From positions 1-64,000 of IMG/VR virus record IMGVR_UViG_3300032213_002091: a stretch of 64,000 nt of DNA; one strand, 5' to 3'. The stretch comes from a virus. This document shows positions 44,870 through 55,821 of the stretch, piece by piece; within the stretch, counting starts at the first letter, position 1; the number at the start of each line of letters is the position of its first letter. The notes beneath the pieces are model-generated. The model had not been told where the DNA came from. It saw only the letters and a list, made by a program, of their open reading frames with translations, and did not search any database. Position numbers and translations under genes: made by a program.

Positions 44870-47800
44870 ATGTCTGCTGTAAAAATCGTTTTCAAGCGTT
44901 CGAGCATTCCGGGAAAGCGCCCGACGAGCTCAAACCTTGAGGTTGGTGAGATTGGCCTAAATACGAACTCAAACGATCCCGGTCTATTCTTTGAGGTTAA
45001 CAACGACACTGTTGTTAAAGTAGGTCCAACATCGGTTCTTCCGCAGGCTCCGACAAGTTTACCCTCGAAAGGTGAACTCTGGTTGAATACGCAAGACGGA
45101 ACCCTGAATTGCGGTGTCTTCAAAGATTTCACCTCTCAATGGCAAACGATTGCAGCACCCTACCTCGGCGGTGGTGGATATGTTGTGTTCGTTGCCCCCG
45201 AATTTCTTGGCTCCACGGATTCAATTCTGAATGATGGCCAAGCGTTGCCGTTTCAGACTCTGACACGCGCAATCCTGGAGCTAAGCAAAATTACAATCAA
45301 TGCAATCTTGACGGGTGCGACTCCCGCAAGCGAGAATAGCAAATATACGATTTACCTCGCCCCTTCTCGCGTCACTGCGAACAATGGCCCTGGCGCAAGT
45401 CTTGCCGAGTTCAACGTTAACTTCTCGTCAGATCCGTTTGCTCAGGTTACAACAACTCAGCTAACTCAGTTCAACAGTCCTACCGGGGGAATCATCGTTC
45501 CTCGGGGAATTTCGATTGTTGGCCTTGACCTCAAGAAGTGCATCTTGAGCCCAACATACGTCCCCAATTACAAGAACCCTGCGTACCCCGCCGGAGTCGA
45601 TGGCGACTTTGACCAACCGATTACATCAGTCCTGAAGTGGACTGGTAACACTTACCTCAACAACTACTCCATTCTTGACAAAGTTCAGTCACGGGATGTG
45701 TATAAAATTGAGTCCTCAACAAACGGGGAAGCAGTGTTTTACTCGACTCGACCACACGGTCTAGAGGTGAACGATCTTGTTGAGGTCGAGTTCGCAGCCA
45801 GTGTGAATCAAATCACAGGAACTTTCTTAAACGGCAAATACTACGCCTACCCGATTGATACTTTCTCTTTCTACTTGCGCACTGCGCCGGAAGCTCTATA
45901 CGTAAAATACTCCGCCCTTCCGACGATTTCAACGTCCGACTCGATAATTCTTTACGTCACAAATACACTCAAGTCAGCCCACCGCCTTCGCGGTAGCTTG
46001 AACACGACTCTGAGCGAGTTGGCAGATTATTACACCAAAGTTCAAAGGGCTTTCCCCGACTTCTTTGGCGGACAGGTAACTAACGGAGCTCTCCTGGTAA
46101 GTCAGGCTGAGTTCGTTATCGTGGCACCTACGAATTCCGACTACCCAAACAACCGAGCTGCTAACAGCACCAGCAACTCCTCAGCTTACGCGAACAGCGT
46201 AAACGTTCGTTCCGATTACGGCATGTGCTGGGGCGAGGTAATTGGTAACCAGATTCAAGGATTCAGGTCTCTCATCGCAAACGAATGCACTTGCGTTTCA
46301 TTGCAGAACGACCCGGCGGCGTACGAAATTTACACGACTCTGCTCAACCCGATCACAAACATTTCGGAACAAAAGTGGTGGTCTCTCGCAAGAGCAACGT
46401 ACCTTTCACTTCCGCTGAACGAGCGTCCTTCAACAATCGATGCGGTTTCAGTAGAGGCTCAACTCGACCTTCTCAACAGAACTCAGATTAAGAACATTCG
46501 TTACTACTACCAAAATCAAGTTACGGAAAGCAACGAAAGTATTGGCATTGTTAACACAGAGGTGGACTTCCGTCACTTCGGGTTTAGAATTCGAGATGGT
46601 GCATACGGTCAACTTCAGTCGATTTACACGATTGGTTGCGCAGTGGGCACGTGGGCTTTGAACGGAGGTTTCGTTTCCCTCACAAACAGCACGAGCAACT
46701 TCGGGTCAGTTGCGATCAAATCTGAAGGATTCTTCGGAATCAACACTGTTGGTGGTGCAGATGCCAACCAAACCGGTTTTCTGTTCGAGGGTATTCAACG
46801 ACCTCTTGCGCTCACAGAGTCTCAAGTTGTGTCGGACCAGAACAAACAAATTCTTTCTCTTGGGGCGAAAGTAGTCTCGGTCACTATTGATTCGGTGCTG
46901 GATCCGGGCATTCAATTGATTGAGCTCAGTTCAGAGTTTTCTCCTTGCTATCTTCTGCCGTACTCACTTAACCCTGGAAGTGCCGTATGGGTGAGAAACT
47001 CGACCAACGGGCAAACTTATCGAGGTTTCTTTGCAACAGATGGCGGACCAACGGTAGTTCCAACCCCTGGATCTTGCGGCCTCACTTCAACCCTAAGGTT
47101 GAGAGCATCCGACAGCAGCATTCCTTTGGCGGCGGCTGTAACTGAGCTGGAAGTCCCCTATATTCGTCGATTTGTTGATCCCCGTCCGGAGTTTGACCGG
47201 GCCTATAGTTTCAAAGTGTCGAACACATATCCAACCGTTATTCCTCCCCAGGTAGGTTCAGTTCTTCGCCTCAACCAAACCAACCAAGCGATCAACCCTG
47301 GAACTCTTCGCCCCAACGTTCAATTCGACCCTGGCGTGTTGGGGGGGTGGGGGAGAATCTTCACCGTAGACCACGTATTTACCGCAGCTTTGGCGGAGTC
47401 GCCGCAATTCAACTACGTTATCGGAGACAGCAACGAGAACGTAAACTACTACTTCACGGCCACCGTTTCTGACTACGCCAGACCCTGGAAGCAGGAGTTT
47501 GATAACTCTACCGGTACGATTGTCACTTACCAAGAGAGAAACTGGTACACGGCGGAAAATAACATTTGGGACAATCTTTACTACGGAAGTGCGAACAACT
47601 TCCGACCAAGCGCAGGTCCGTTGAAACTTGCCCCCACCGAATCTTGCTCACCGTTTGTGGATACGAGCGTTACTGAACGACAGGAGCGAATCTCCACAAC
47701 TTACCAAGGAAGTTATGCGCCAGATGTGTACATCGAAGGAGATGTGTACTCGGAGACGGACACCTATTTCCGAGGGTCAACCTACCCCTACCCTTCCTAC

Positions 47801-48682
47801 AGTGTTCAATCTTACTTTGACGGAGATGATGGTTCTCCCAGCCTAGGAATCTGTCTAAGCGACATTCCTAATGGATCTACAACTCAAACTAGCGGCGGGC
47901 TAACTGTTATTCAGACTTCTCTATCAGCTGGGGCCACAACAAGATATCGGCCTGCGGTTGTTCAGTTTTCAGTGGCAAATGCCTCGGTTATCCCGAACCC
48001 TGAGGAAGAAGTTTCGATCATCCAACTTGTTGGAGGGGGCAATTTTGAGTACATGCAGGTGATTGACGTTTCCGGGTCAACCTTGAAAGCGATTCGCCTA
48101 AATCGAACCAACAGTTACTACCCGAACCCTTCTGCGGAGAATCAGAATTGGCCCTCAGGCACATCTGTGATTGTTTGCGAAACAAACAAAACACCGAGCC
48201 CAGAAATTTACGACCCGATCTGGAGCAACACGAAGCAAGCTGTTCTTCGTTTCTTCGAGATCATGGGTTACTCGAACGAGGAGATTCTTCCGTATCTTGG
48301 TCCAATGTACTGGGGCGACAGAACTCTGGCAATTACGTCCATTCCGTTGACCCCCGCCCAAGGGTACGCTCTGGTTACCGAGCGCTGGCCACTCGAGTTC
48401 AACAGTCCTTCAACGATTATTGCCAACACTCATACTTGGGCCTTCACCGGATACTTAAACTACTCCCGTGGCCTACCCAAGTTCCAGAATAACGAGTTGT
48501 CCAGAAAACTTTCCGCCGACTACCAGTCGACTGTTCTGTGGGGCGGTAAAGTTACGATCACTGGAGTAAGCAACCGAGGGGAAATCGTTCTGTTTGGCCC
48601 GCAACGTCAGGCTTTGACGGGAAGGTTCTACGAAGATGTCAACCCCCTGGTCAATCCCGCGAACCAACAACTTTCTCAGTGA
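44870..48682 (+). CDS. large tail fibre / tailspike-like protein
   Basis: KRSSIPGKRPTSSNLEVGEIGLNT fibre N-terminus; PFQTLTRA, RGISIVGLDLKK and TNSTSNFG suggest a beta-helix. Confidence 0.7.
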   Translation: MSAVKIVFKRSSIPGKRPTSSNLEVGEIGLNTNSNDPGLFFEVNNDTVVKVGPTSVLPQAPTSLPSKGELWLNTQDGTLNCGVFKDFTSQWQTIAAPYLGGGGYVVFVAPEFLGSTDSILNDGQALPFQTLTRAILELSKITINAILTGATPASENSKYTIYLAPSRVTANNGPGASLAEFNVNFSSDPFAQVTTTQLTQFNSPTGGIIVPRGISIVGLDLKKCILSPTYVPNYKNPAYPAGVDGDFDQPITSVLKWTGNTYLNNYSILDKVQSRDVYKIESSTNGEAVFYSTRPHGLEVNDLVEVEFAASVNQITGTFLNGKYYAYPIDTFSFYLRTAPEALYVKYSALPTISTSDSIILYVTNTLKSAHRLRGSLNTTLSELADYYTKVQRAFPDFFGGQVTNGALLVSQAEFVIVAPTNSDYPNNRAANSTSNSSAYANSVNVRSDYGMCWGEVIGNQIQGFRSLIANECTCVSLQNDPAAYEIYTTLLNPITNISEQKWWSLARATYLSLPLNERPSTIDAVSVEAQLDLLNRTQIKNIRYYYQNQVTESNESIGIVNTEVDFRHFGFRIRDGAYGQLQSIYTIGCAVGTWALNGGFVSLTNSTSNFGSVAIKSEGFFGINTVGGADANQTGFLFEGIQRPLALTESQVVSDQNKQILSLGAKVVSVTIDSVLDPGIQLIELSSEFSPCYLLPYSLNPGSAVWVRNSTNGQTYRGFFATDGGPTVVPTPGSCGLTSTLRLRASDSSIPLAAAVTELEVPYIRRFVDPRPEFDRAYSFKVSNTYPTVIPPQVGSVLRLNQTNQAINPGTLRPNVQFDPGVLGGWGRIFTVDHVFTAALAESPQFNYVIGDSNENVNYYFTATVSDYARPWKQEFDNSTGTIVTYQERNWYTAENNIWDNLYYGSANNFRPSAGPLKLAPTESCSPFVDTSVTERQERISTTYQGSYAPDVYIEGDVYSETDTYFRGSTYPYPSYSVQSYFDGDDGSPSLGICLSDIPNGSTTQTSGGLTVIQTSLSAGATTRYRPAVVQFSVANASVIPNPEEEVSIIQLVGGGNFEYMQVIDVSGSTLKAIRLNRTNSYYPNPSAENQNWPSGTSVIVCETNKTPSPEIYDPIWSNTKQAVLRFFEIMGYSNEEILPYLGPMYWGDRTLAITSIPLTPAQGYALVTERWPLEFNSPSTIIANTHTWAFTGYLNYSRGLPKFQNNELSRKLSADYQSTVLWGGKVTITGVSNRGEIVLFGPQRQALTGRFYEDVNPLVNPANQQLSQ

Positions 48683-48691
48683 GTGATTAAA

Positions 48692-48699
48692 GGGTAAAA
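48692..48699 (+). promoter_or_regulatory. GGGTAAAA motif
   Basis: 27 nt before ATG 48727. Confidence 0.7.
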
Positions 48700-48726
48700 C
48701 CTTGCATAGGCCGTTTTGAGACCCAA

Positions 48727-49113
48727 ATGTCTTTACCAACTCCCCCTCCTTTCTCAGATCCTATTCCCAACCCTTCGCCGACAGTCCCTAACGTACCCGA
48801 GGAGTACATCGTGAAGGGTCCTTACTGGGATATGAAAGTTGTGACGACAAGCGGATTGTCTGTCACTTCCGGCGGAAAACTTCAAGTGACTGGTTCTCCT
48901 ACGGTGTACTCGTCAGCCGAGACGTCTAATCTTACCAGTTACTCTGGACATCTGAACATCGGTAACGGCATTGGAGTTGTAGGAGGAAACAATCTGCAAA
49001 TTGGCACAGGAACCAACACGATTCCTTACTATGTGAAGACAGCCCAGGGACTTTTGATTCTTGGGAATGGTTTCGATGTAAATAGCGCAACAGGCACTCT
49101 GAGCCAGGACTGA
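48727..49113 (+). CDS. small structural protein (fibre-like Gly repeats)
   Basis: IGNGIGV and LGNGFDV repeats. Confidence 0.55.
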   Translation: MSLPTPPPFSDPIPNPSPTVPNVPEEYIVKGPYWDMKVVTTSGLSVTSGGKLQVTGSPTVYSSAETSNLTSYSGHLNIGNGIGVVGGNNLQIGTGTNTIPYYVKTAQGLLILGNGFDVNSATGTLSQD

Positions 49114-49115
49114 CA

Positions 49116-49123
49116 GGGTAAAA
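49116..49123 (+). promoter_or_regulatory. GGGTAAAA motif
   Basis: Upstream of ATG 49175. Confidence 0.7.
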
Positions 49124-49174
49124 CTTACTATATTTCTAAACAACTTCCCTTTCGAAACTTAGTCAGCATAAGTA

Positions 49175-51418
49175 ATGGCCAATTCGATCCCAATTCAATT
49201 ACTACGTTCAAAAGCTTTCCGACAGAGGCCAGACGCTGCCTTTCTGCTGGAAGGTCAGCCCGCCGTCAACATCAACGAGTTTGAGCCGGGGCTGTTCTTC
49301 TCGGATTCTGCGAACAACCTGTTCAAAGTAGGTCCCACTTCAGTCGGCCCGGAAGCTCCGAACTCGGGTATTTCCGGCTCTGGGGCGCAATTTCTTCTGG
49401 TGGGAGCTGTTACAGCAGTTTCCGTTGAGGACGGAGGAACAACTTACGCCGTTAACGATGTTCTTACCGTTATTGGGGGATCGGGTACTGCCGCTACGCT
49501 TGAGGTTACAGGGGTTTCCGCAGGTGAAATCACTTCCGTCACCCTTCTGAACGCAGGCAACTACTCAGTCTTCCCGGTTTCTCCTGTAATTGTCTCCGGG
49601 GGCTCAGGCTCTGGGGCAACATTCAATTTGACTGGAGGAGTTACCTCCGCCGCTGTAAGTTTTGGTGGAACGAACTACTTCGTAGGAAATATTCTGACCC
49701 TTTCGGGTGGCACTGGCATTCCTGCGGTTCTTCAAGTTCAGACTGTGTCTGGAACTTCGGTTACCTCGGTCAGTCTGGTGACGCCGGGAAGTTACACCGT
49801 GTTCCCGGTTCCGCCTGCCGGTGTTATCGAAAGCAGCGGCACGGGTGGAAATTCGGTTGGGGAGCAGTGGCTAGACACCTACAACCCGAATGCCCCAGGA
49901 TTGAAAGTATTTGATGGTGTTCGGTGGAGAGGAATCACACCGATCTCAAATACCCTGTGGGTTGACGTGAACGGGAATGACGGGAATGACGGAACGAGTC
50001 CGCAAACAGCGAAGAGAACAATCAAGAGCGCCTTGGCACTGGCTGAAGTTGGCACTCAAATTCGGGTTTCTACTGGTAACTTCGAAGAGCAGAACCCCCT
50101 GGTGTTCCCTTACACGGACGTCTCGATTGTTGGAGCAGACCTGCGCGCCACGACCATCACCCTTCTGAATCCGAACAACGATCTGTTCCACGTTCTTAAC
50201 GGTTGCTATGTTCAGAACTTTTCCTTCTTAGGGGAAGTGAACAAGATCCCAAACCCCCTGAACCCGTTGGAACAAATCCAGGGGTACGGGATTATGTCCT
50301 TCAAGCCCGGTGCGCCTGATATCAACACACCTGGCTCGCCGTTGTATATCACACAGAGCCCTTACGTTCAGAACTGCACAAACTTCGTTACCAACAGCAT
50401 TGGCCTGAACGTTGACGGTAGCAAAGCGGGCGGCCTGCGAAGCATGGTGCTCGACAGCTTCACTCAATACAACCCTGACGGTTTGGGCGTCAAAGTTTAC
50501 AACAAAGGTTACTGCCAAGTCGTGAGTATGTTCACGATCTGCGCGGATAAGTCCGTGTTGGCAGAAACCGGTGGAACAGTTAGCGTTACCAACAGTAACT
50601 CTGACTTTGGAAACTACGCGATGTACGCAGATGGTACGGGACCACTGGAGCAATCCGGTGAGCTGGCGAGTGCCGCGACAGTTAACAACAGCGTGTTTAG
50701 CCTAGAAAACCTGACAACGAATCAGATTCCTTACGTGGGGCAGGTGATTACGGTTGGTGAGCTTTACTATAATGTGTCTGGTTTCGAGATTACGAATCCG
50801 GGCAGTGGTTTTACAAGCACCCCGACTGTCACTGTGTCGATTGGAACGGGTCCGAATGCAATTCGGGCCCAAGGTATCGCGGTAATTAAGAACAACCAAC
50901 TGATTGATATCGAGGTTGCTTCTTCTGGTCAGAACTACACAGCTTCAGACACGATTGTCGTCACGATTACCGGGGGAGGCGGTGTCGGAGCAACTGCAAC
51001 GGCAGTGAAAAATCCTGTGTATTACACCGTTGCCGGAGTCACAGAACCTTACGACAGCATTACGGATACGGTTTCGATCGCGATTCAAGAAAACCTCCCA
51101 TACACACCTTCAGTTGGCGACACCGTAAACTTCTGGCGTGTTAGCCGGATCATTGCGAACTCTCACTGTATGGAATACGTGGGTAGCGGAACCGACATCA
51201 ACACTGCTATTCCCTTTACAGGTGGAACTGCCATCCAAGCTAACGAAGTCATTCAAATCAACGGTGGTCGCGTTGCCATTACTAGCACGGACCAACTTGG
51301 TGACTTCCGCGTTGGCGAAGACCTGGTAATTAACCAAAACACTGGAACAATCTCTGGCCAAGCGTTTAGAAAGTCGATCCTGGCCATCGTGATTCCTTAC
51401 ATCCTCGCCCTCTCCTGA
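49175..51418 (+). CDS. tail fibre / tailspike-like protein (paralog of 44870)
   Basis: Shared N-terminus (PGLFF...KVGPTSV); WVDVNGNDGNDG...AKRTIKSAL; SPYVQNCT; TSTDQLGDFRVG. Confidence 0.72.
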   Translation: MANSIPIQLLRSKAFRQRPDAAFLLEGQPAVNINEFEPGLFFSDSANNLFKVGPTSVGPEAPNSGISGSGAQFLLVGAVTAVSVEDGGTTYAVNDVLTVIGGSGTAATLEVTGVSAGEITSVTLLNAGNYSVFPVSPVIVSGGSGSGATFNLTGGVTSAAVSFGGTNYFVGNILTLSGGTGIPAVLQVQTVSGTSVTSVSLVTPGSYTVFPVPPAGVIESSGTGGNSVGEQWLDTYNPNAPGLKVFDGVRWRGITPISNTLWVDVNGNDGNDGTSPQTAKRTIKSALALAEVGTQIRVSTGNFEEQNPLVFPYTDVSIVGADLRATTITLLNPNNDLFHVLNGCYVQNFSFLGEVNKIPNPLNPLEQIQGYGIMSFKPGAPDINTPGSPLYITQSPYVQNCTNFVTNSIGLNVDGSKAGGLRSMVLDSFTQYNPDGLGVKVYNKGYCQVVSMFTICADKSVLAETGGTVSVTNSNSDFGNYAMYADGTGPLEQSGELASAATVNNSVFSLENLTTNQIPYVGQVITVGELYYNVSGFEITNPGSGFTSTPTVTVSIGTGPNAIRAQGIAVIKNNQLIDIEVASSGQNYTASDTIVVTITGGGGVGATATAVKNPVYYTVAGVTEPYDSITDTVSIAIQENLPYTPSVGDTVNFWRVSRIIANSHCMEYVGSGTDINTAIPFTGGTAIQANEVIQINGGRVAITSTDQLGDFRVGEDLVINQNTGTISGQAFRKSILAIVIPYILALS

Positions 51419-51422
51419 TAAC

Positions 51423-51758
51423 ATGGCACTTCCATTAACAGTCTTTAAGACGATTCCCGTCGACGTTCCTACTTCGGCCACGAACGTTTACACCGCGCCC
51501 ACTGGTTACAACGCGATTGTTCTGACAGCGCAAGCGGTTAACACAGATGCCGCCGCTCAAAACTTCTCGATGAGGCTTGTTCGGAACTCAACTGTGCATC
51601 CTATAGTCTTCAACTATGCGATTCCTTCTCAGGAAGTTTTGATTGCGTCGGGCGGAACCGCTGGCAAACTTGTTCTTCAGACCGGGGACACTCTCTCGAT
51701 CGTCGGAACAACCACAAACATCAAATTTACTTTAAGTGTCCTTGAAACGCTGATCTAA
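51423..51758 (+). CDS. small virion structural protein
   Basis: VYTAPTGYNAIV...KLVLQTGDTL pattern typical of cyanophage fibre-associated proteins. Confidence 0.65.
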   Translation: MALPLTVFKTIPVDVPTSATNVYTAPTGYNAIVLTAQAVNTDAAAQNFSMRLVRNSTVHPIVFNYAIPSQEVLIASGGTAGKLVLQTGDTLSIVGTTTNIKFTLSVLETLI

Positions 51759-51761
51759 GCC

Positions 51762-53483
51762 ATGGCAGGATTTTTCGATGGAAGGGTAATTCCCGTTCCC
51801 CCAACTTTAGCGAACGCTACTCGTTACGAAATTCTTGGTTTGGCCGACACAGAGCCCAACCTTGGAGTTCCGCCAGTTGATGGCTACGGGTTAGTTAGTA
51901 CGGCGGCGGGTGTGCGAAGCTGGCAACTTGTTCCCCCGGCAGGACCGCCAGGCCCTCCGGGAGCACCGGGGCCAACAGGAGGCACAGGAGCTTCCGGGCC
52001 GCCTGGTCCCTCCGGTCCATCGGGAACGCCTGGCACTCCTGGCACACCTGGCCCAGTTGGACCTCCAGGGTCCGGCGGGGGATCAGGCGCACTTAACGCA
52101 AAATATATTGACAGTATCTCGTTTAACGGAACTCAAACCACTTTCACTCTGACATCTGCTGGAGTAAATCTTCCTATCACAGTTCTGCAGCAAGATTTAG
52201 TTCTGTTTATTGGTGGTGCAATTCAACTTGCAGGGACGGCTTTCACATGGAACGCTGGTCTGAGCCAGGTTACGTTCACGAGTGCGCCACCTGCAGGAGA
52301 TTACTTTGTAGGTTGGGTTGCGAGTCAAGTTGCCACCGGACCAACCGGACCTACAGGGCCAACTGGCGCGGGTGGACTTGAGCGTCTTGATAACATTAGC
52401 GGCGGTTTCAACGGCTCAACAGTTACTTTCACTCTGACGTACCTGGGCGGAACAACGCTGCCTTCGAACGTAACCGCAGACGATTTAGTTTTGTTTATCG
52501 GCGGCGCTGTTCAATCCACGGCAGCATTTTCGTGGAACCCCGCGCTGAGCCAAGTAACCTTCTCGACTGCCCCGCTAGCGGGAGATTATTTCGTCGGATT
52601 TGTTGGAAACACCGTTGCTATCGCGGGCGTTCCCACCGGTCTGATTTCCATGTGGTCTGGTTCAGTTGCGGCCATCCCAGGCGGTTGGCAACTGTGCGAC
52701 GGAACAAACGGAACACCGGACTTGCGGGACAGATTCATTGTCGGTGCAGGAAGCAGTTACGCCCCTGGTAACACTGGCGGTCAGAATGCGGTCACTTTAG
52801 GCATTGGCGAAATGCCTAACCACGGCCACGGATTTTCCGATCCTGGTCACTCTCACCAGTCGACCAGGAATGACTTTGCCGCAAATACCGGGGGGTATGG
52901 TTCCGGTTCTGGCGGAGGTGGACTGGGTCCAAATACAGTCTTTACAAACAACGTAGGTACTGGAATAACATTCGTTGCGGAGGGTGGGAGTGGAGCTCAC
53001 GAAAACAGACCTCCTTACTACGCCCTTGCGTACATTATGTGCATAAGCGGCAGCAGCAGCGGTGGAGGTTCAGTTACCGGAACCGTTATTTGGTCGTCAG
53101 CCTCTACAGCGCCTATTGGCTACGTTGCGTGTAACGGAGCGGCTGTCTCACGAACCACCTATAGTAATTTGTTCGCTGTTATCGGAACCACTTACGGCAG
53201 TGGGGACGGAAGCACAACATTCAATCTTCCGGACTTGAGAGGCGAATTCATTCGAGGTTGGGACGCCGGTCGTGGAGTTGACTCAGGCCGAGTTTTTGGT
53301 AGTTCTCAGCTGGATGACTTTGCGAGTCACGATCACCCGCTCTTCAACCAAATATCTGGACCGGGAACTTCTGTCATTAGCGGACCCTCCGGTAGTAATA
53401 CAATTAACACGGTAACCGGCAGTACCGGTGGAACTGAGACTCGTCCTCGCAACGTTGCACTTCTCCCCTGCATCAAGTTCTGA
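51762..53483 (+). CDS. tail fibre with collagen-like repeats and two tail-collar domains
   Basis: (G-X-Y)n; [21 protein letters not shown]; [23 protein letters not shown]...[13 protein letters not shown]; ETRPRNVAL. Confidence 0.85.
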   Translation: MAGFFDGRVIPVPPTLANATRYEILGLADTEPNLGVPPVDGYGLVSTAAGVRSWQLVPPAGPPGPPGAPGPTGGTGASGPPGPSGPSGTPGTPGTPGPVGPPGSGGGSGALNAKYIDSISFNGTQTTFTLTSAGVNLPITVLQQDLVLFIGGAIQLAGTAFTWNAGLSQVTFTSAPPAGDYFVGWVASQVATGPTGPTGPTGAGGLERLDNISGGFNGSTVTFTLTYLGGTTLPSNVTADDLVLFIGGAVQSTAAFSWNPALSQVTFSTAPLAGDYFVGFVGNTVAIAGVPTGLISMWSGSVAAIPGGWQLCDGTNGTPDLRDRFIVGAGSSYAPGNTGGQNAVTLGIGEMPNHGHGFSDPGHSHQSTRNDFAANTGGYGSGSGGGGLGPNTVFTNNVGTGITFVAEGGSGAHENRPPYYALAYIMCISGSSSGGGSVTGTVIWSSASTAPIGYVACNGAAVSRTTYSNLFAVIGTTYGSGDGSTTFNLPDLRGEFIRGWDAGRGVDSGRVFGSSQLDDFASHDHPLFNQISGPGTSVISGPSGSNTINTVTGSTGGTETRPRNVALLPCIKF

Positions 53484-53491
53484 TAATAACC

Positions 53492-53935
53492 ATGAAAATC
53501 TATCACTATCACCCAGTCTACAAATACTTCTTGGAGGAGGGAATCGCAGATTCCTCCCCTCTGGACCCTCCAGGCGTATGGCTGATTCCCGCTCACGCAA
53601 CTGAAGAAGAACCGCCCAGCTTTTCTTCGGGCCGCATTCCCGTTTTTCAGGAGGATTCTTGGAAAGTTGTGAAAGACAAAAGGGGGGTTTATTACCGCAC
53701 CTCGGATCCAACGCAACGTCTCGAAAACTTTGATCCGTCCGAAGCTCCGAGGGGCTACACTAAAAAAGTTCCACCCGAAGTTCCACCCGGAAAAGAATTA
53801 ACTTGGGATGACGGGTGGGTTCTCGTTGACGCGGAGATCAAACCTCTCGTCGAAACCACTTTGAGCCCACACGAGAAGCTGGAAAAACTGGGCCTTACTC
53901 CCGACGACCTCAAGGCAATCCTCGGCCTTTCCTGA
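53492..53935 (+). CDS. tail fibre assembly chaperone
   Basis: IYHYHP...SPLDPPGVWLIPAHAT...WKVVKDKRG (Tfa-like); follows the fibre gene. Confidence 0.75.
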   Translation: MKIYHYHPVYKYFLEEGIADSSPLDPPGVWLIPAHATEEEPPSFSSGRIPVFQEDSWKVVKDKRGVYYRTSDPTQRLENFDPSEAPRGYTKKVPPEVPPGKELTWDDGWVLVDAEIKPLVETTLSPHEKLEKLGLTPDDLKAILGLS

Positions 53936-53961
53936 CCTAACATACGATCAAAACACCCCTA

Positions 53962-54564
53962 ATGAAAAACCCACTTATTCAGGTTGTTCCAACCCTGAGC
54001 AAAGAAGAGTTGCGCGTTGTCAATCAATTTTGCGACCGCAAAGAGAATTTACGCTTAAAGAACACTGTTTTCTCAGGTGAAAGTTTTCGAGTGGACACTT
54101 CTCTTCGCTCGAGTGAAGGATTCACTCTGGTGGAAGAAACTGCGATCACCGACTTAGTCGGGAAAGCTATAAATACTGCTCTGCTTGAATACCGAGACCG
54201 CCTCGGGGGAATCCACCCTTCGCTCGTCAGCTATACTCTCGCCCCTGGCGCTGCAGGAACTCGATCTCACCGCGAAGGCATTCAAATTCTTGAGTACGGG
54301 CCTGGTCAGGAATACAAATTCCATTACGATCAGAATTGGGACCGGGCGCAGAACACTTTTTATCGAACGATTTCTGTTGTTCTTTACCTCACCTCTGACT
54401 TTGAAGGTGGCGGAACCGAATTCATCGACGAAGTCTATAAACCGAAACCGGGCCACGCACTGATCTTCCCTTCGAGTTGGTGTTTTCCTCACCGAGGCCA
54501 AGTTGTAACATCCGGACTCAAAAGAGTCGCTGTTACATGGTACTACGTCTACCCGGCTTCGTAA
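53962..54564 (+). CDS. 2OG-Fe(II) oxygenase, prolyl 4-hydroxylase-like
   Basis: HYD (HxD), ISVVLYL...FEGGGTEF, LIFPS...PHRG (distal His), GLKRVAVTW. Confidence 0.88.
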   Translation: MKNPLIQVVPTLSKEELRVVNQFCDRKENLRLKNTVFSGESFRVDTSLRSSEGFTLVEETAITDLVGKAINTALLEYRDRLGGIHPSLVSYTLAPGAAGTRSHREGIQILEYGPGQEYKFHYDQNWDRAQNTFYRTISVVLYLTSDFEGGGTEFIDEVYKPKPGHALIFPSSWCFPHRGQVVTSGLKRVAVTWYYVYPAS

Positions 54565-54567
54565 ATG

Positions 54568-54575
54568 GGGTAAAA
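54568..54575 (+). promoter_or_regulatory. GGGTAAAA motif
   Basis: Just after the oxygenase stop; upstream of ATG 54644. Confidence 0.7.
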
Positions 54576-54643
54576 TTGCCTCAGTTGAACTGGAGAAGTT
54601 GGCTCGCCTCAACTTCACGGGCTGTTATCGCTAAAGAATCACA

Positions 54644-55759
54644 ATGGCAATTAGTAAAGTTGAACTCTTAGATGACACCGGCGTAGTAGCTGGAAGTTAC
54701 ACTACCTCCAACATCACAATCAGTTCGGACGGTAGAATCACCAGCGCCACGAACGGTTCCCCAGCCGCCACAGGTGTCACTCCCGGAACGTACACGAATC
54801 CGTCATTTACGGTTGGCGCAGATGGTAGGCTCACAGCTGCTTCAACCTTGGGGTCGATCGATCTTCCTGGCGTAAGTGCCGGGGATGGGGACATTTTGAG
54901 TGCTGGCGGCTTCGACGGCATGGTGGGATTGTACAACACTAACACCTCAGCAGCAAACAGAAATATCAACTTCAACCTGAATAACAACTCAGGTGCTAAT
55001 TCCTCTTATCTTGTCGTCGGGCGAGACGCGGGTACAGGATCTTTTCTTACGGATGTCTTGACGAATTTCCGGGCCGCCCAAGGAGCTTTCACTATAACAA
55101 ACGGAGACGGTTTTACAATTTGGGGGGATAAAGGCGATGTCTTGGTTAACGGCGGTATAGACGGAACGTGGGGCATGTTCCTTCAGTCCAATGCCGCTGA
55201 CCGAAATATGGGGTTTTATACTTATAACGATTTTGGCAATATTTTTCCTATTTTGACTTTAGGCCGGGACCCAAACACCGGACGATATTACGCGGCAGTT
55301 AATAGTGCAGCGCCGTCCGGAGGTTCTGATTTGTTCGTCAACGCTGGCAACCTCAACGTAAACGGCGTAAAGAATTTCCGAATCAATCACCCCTTGGACG
55401 AGAATAAGTACCTCGTTCACACATCGGTTGAGGCACCGCGAGCCGACCTGATTTACAGGGGGACGGTTCAGCTGGTGGCTGGAACTGCCGCAATCACGCT
55501 CGACGAGGAATACGGCTTGATTCCTGGCACTTGGGAGGAACTCTGCAGAAATCCGCAAGTTTGGGTCACAAGCGTCGATGGCTGGGAACTTTGCAAGGGT
55601 TCGGTCGTTGACGGAGTCTTAACCATTCAAGCGAAAGATCCCGCATGCGTTGAAACTGTCAGTTGGTTGGTAGTTGCCGAGCGCCAAGACGAAGTTATGT
55701 ACACCTACGGGCACGACGAAGACGGTCGCCCGCTTCTTGAGCCAGACAAAAGTATTTGA
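54644..55759 (+). CDS. tail fibre-like protein with putative C-terminal chaperone domain
   Basis: GSYT-x2-NITxxxDGR repeats; KNFRINHPLD...LVHTSVEAPRADLIYRG. Confidence 0.7.
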   Translation: MAISKVELLDDTGVVAGSYTTSNITISSDGRITSATNGSPAATGVTPGTYTNPSFTVGADGRLTAASTLGSIDLPGVSAGDGDILSAGGFDGMVGLYNTNTSAANRNINFNLNNNSGANSSYLVVGRDAGTGSFLTDVLTNFRAAQGAFTITNGDGFTIWGDKGDVLVNGGIDGTWGMFLQSNAADRNMGFYTYNDFGNIFPILTLGRDPNTGRYYAAVNSAAPSGGSDLFVNAGNLNVNGVKNFRINHPLDENKYLVHTSVEAPRADLIYRGTVQLVAGTAAITLDEEYGLIPGTWEELCRNPQVWVTSVDGWELCKGSVVDGVLTIQAKDPACVETVSWLVVAERQDEVMYTYGHDEDGRPLLEPDKSI

Positions 55760-55770
55760 TTGACCCGAGA

Positions 55771-55778
55771 GGGTAAAA
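55771..55778 (+). promoter_or_regulatory. GGGTAAAA motif
   Basis: Upstream of ATG 55822. Confidence 0.7.
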
Positions 55779-55821
55779 CCGTATATCAGACCCACTCTTA
55801 GACCCTTGTTCTGTTCAGATT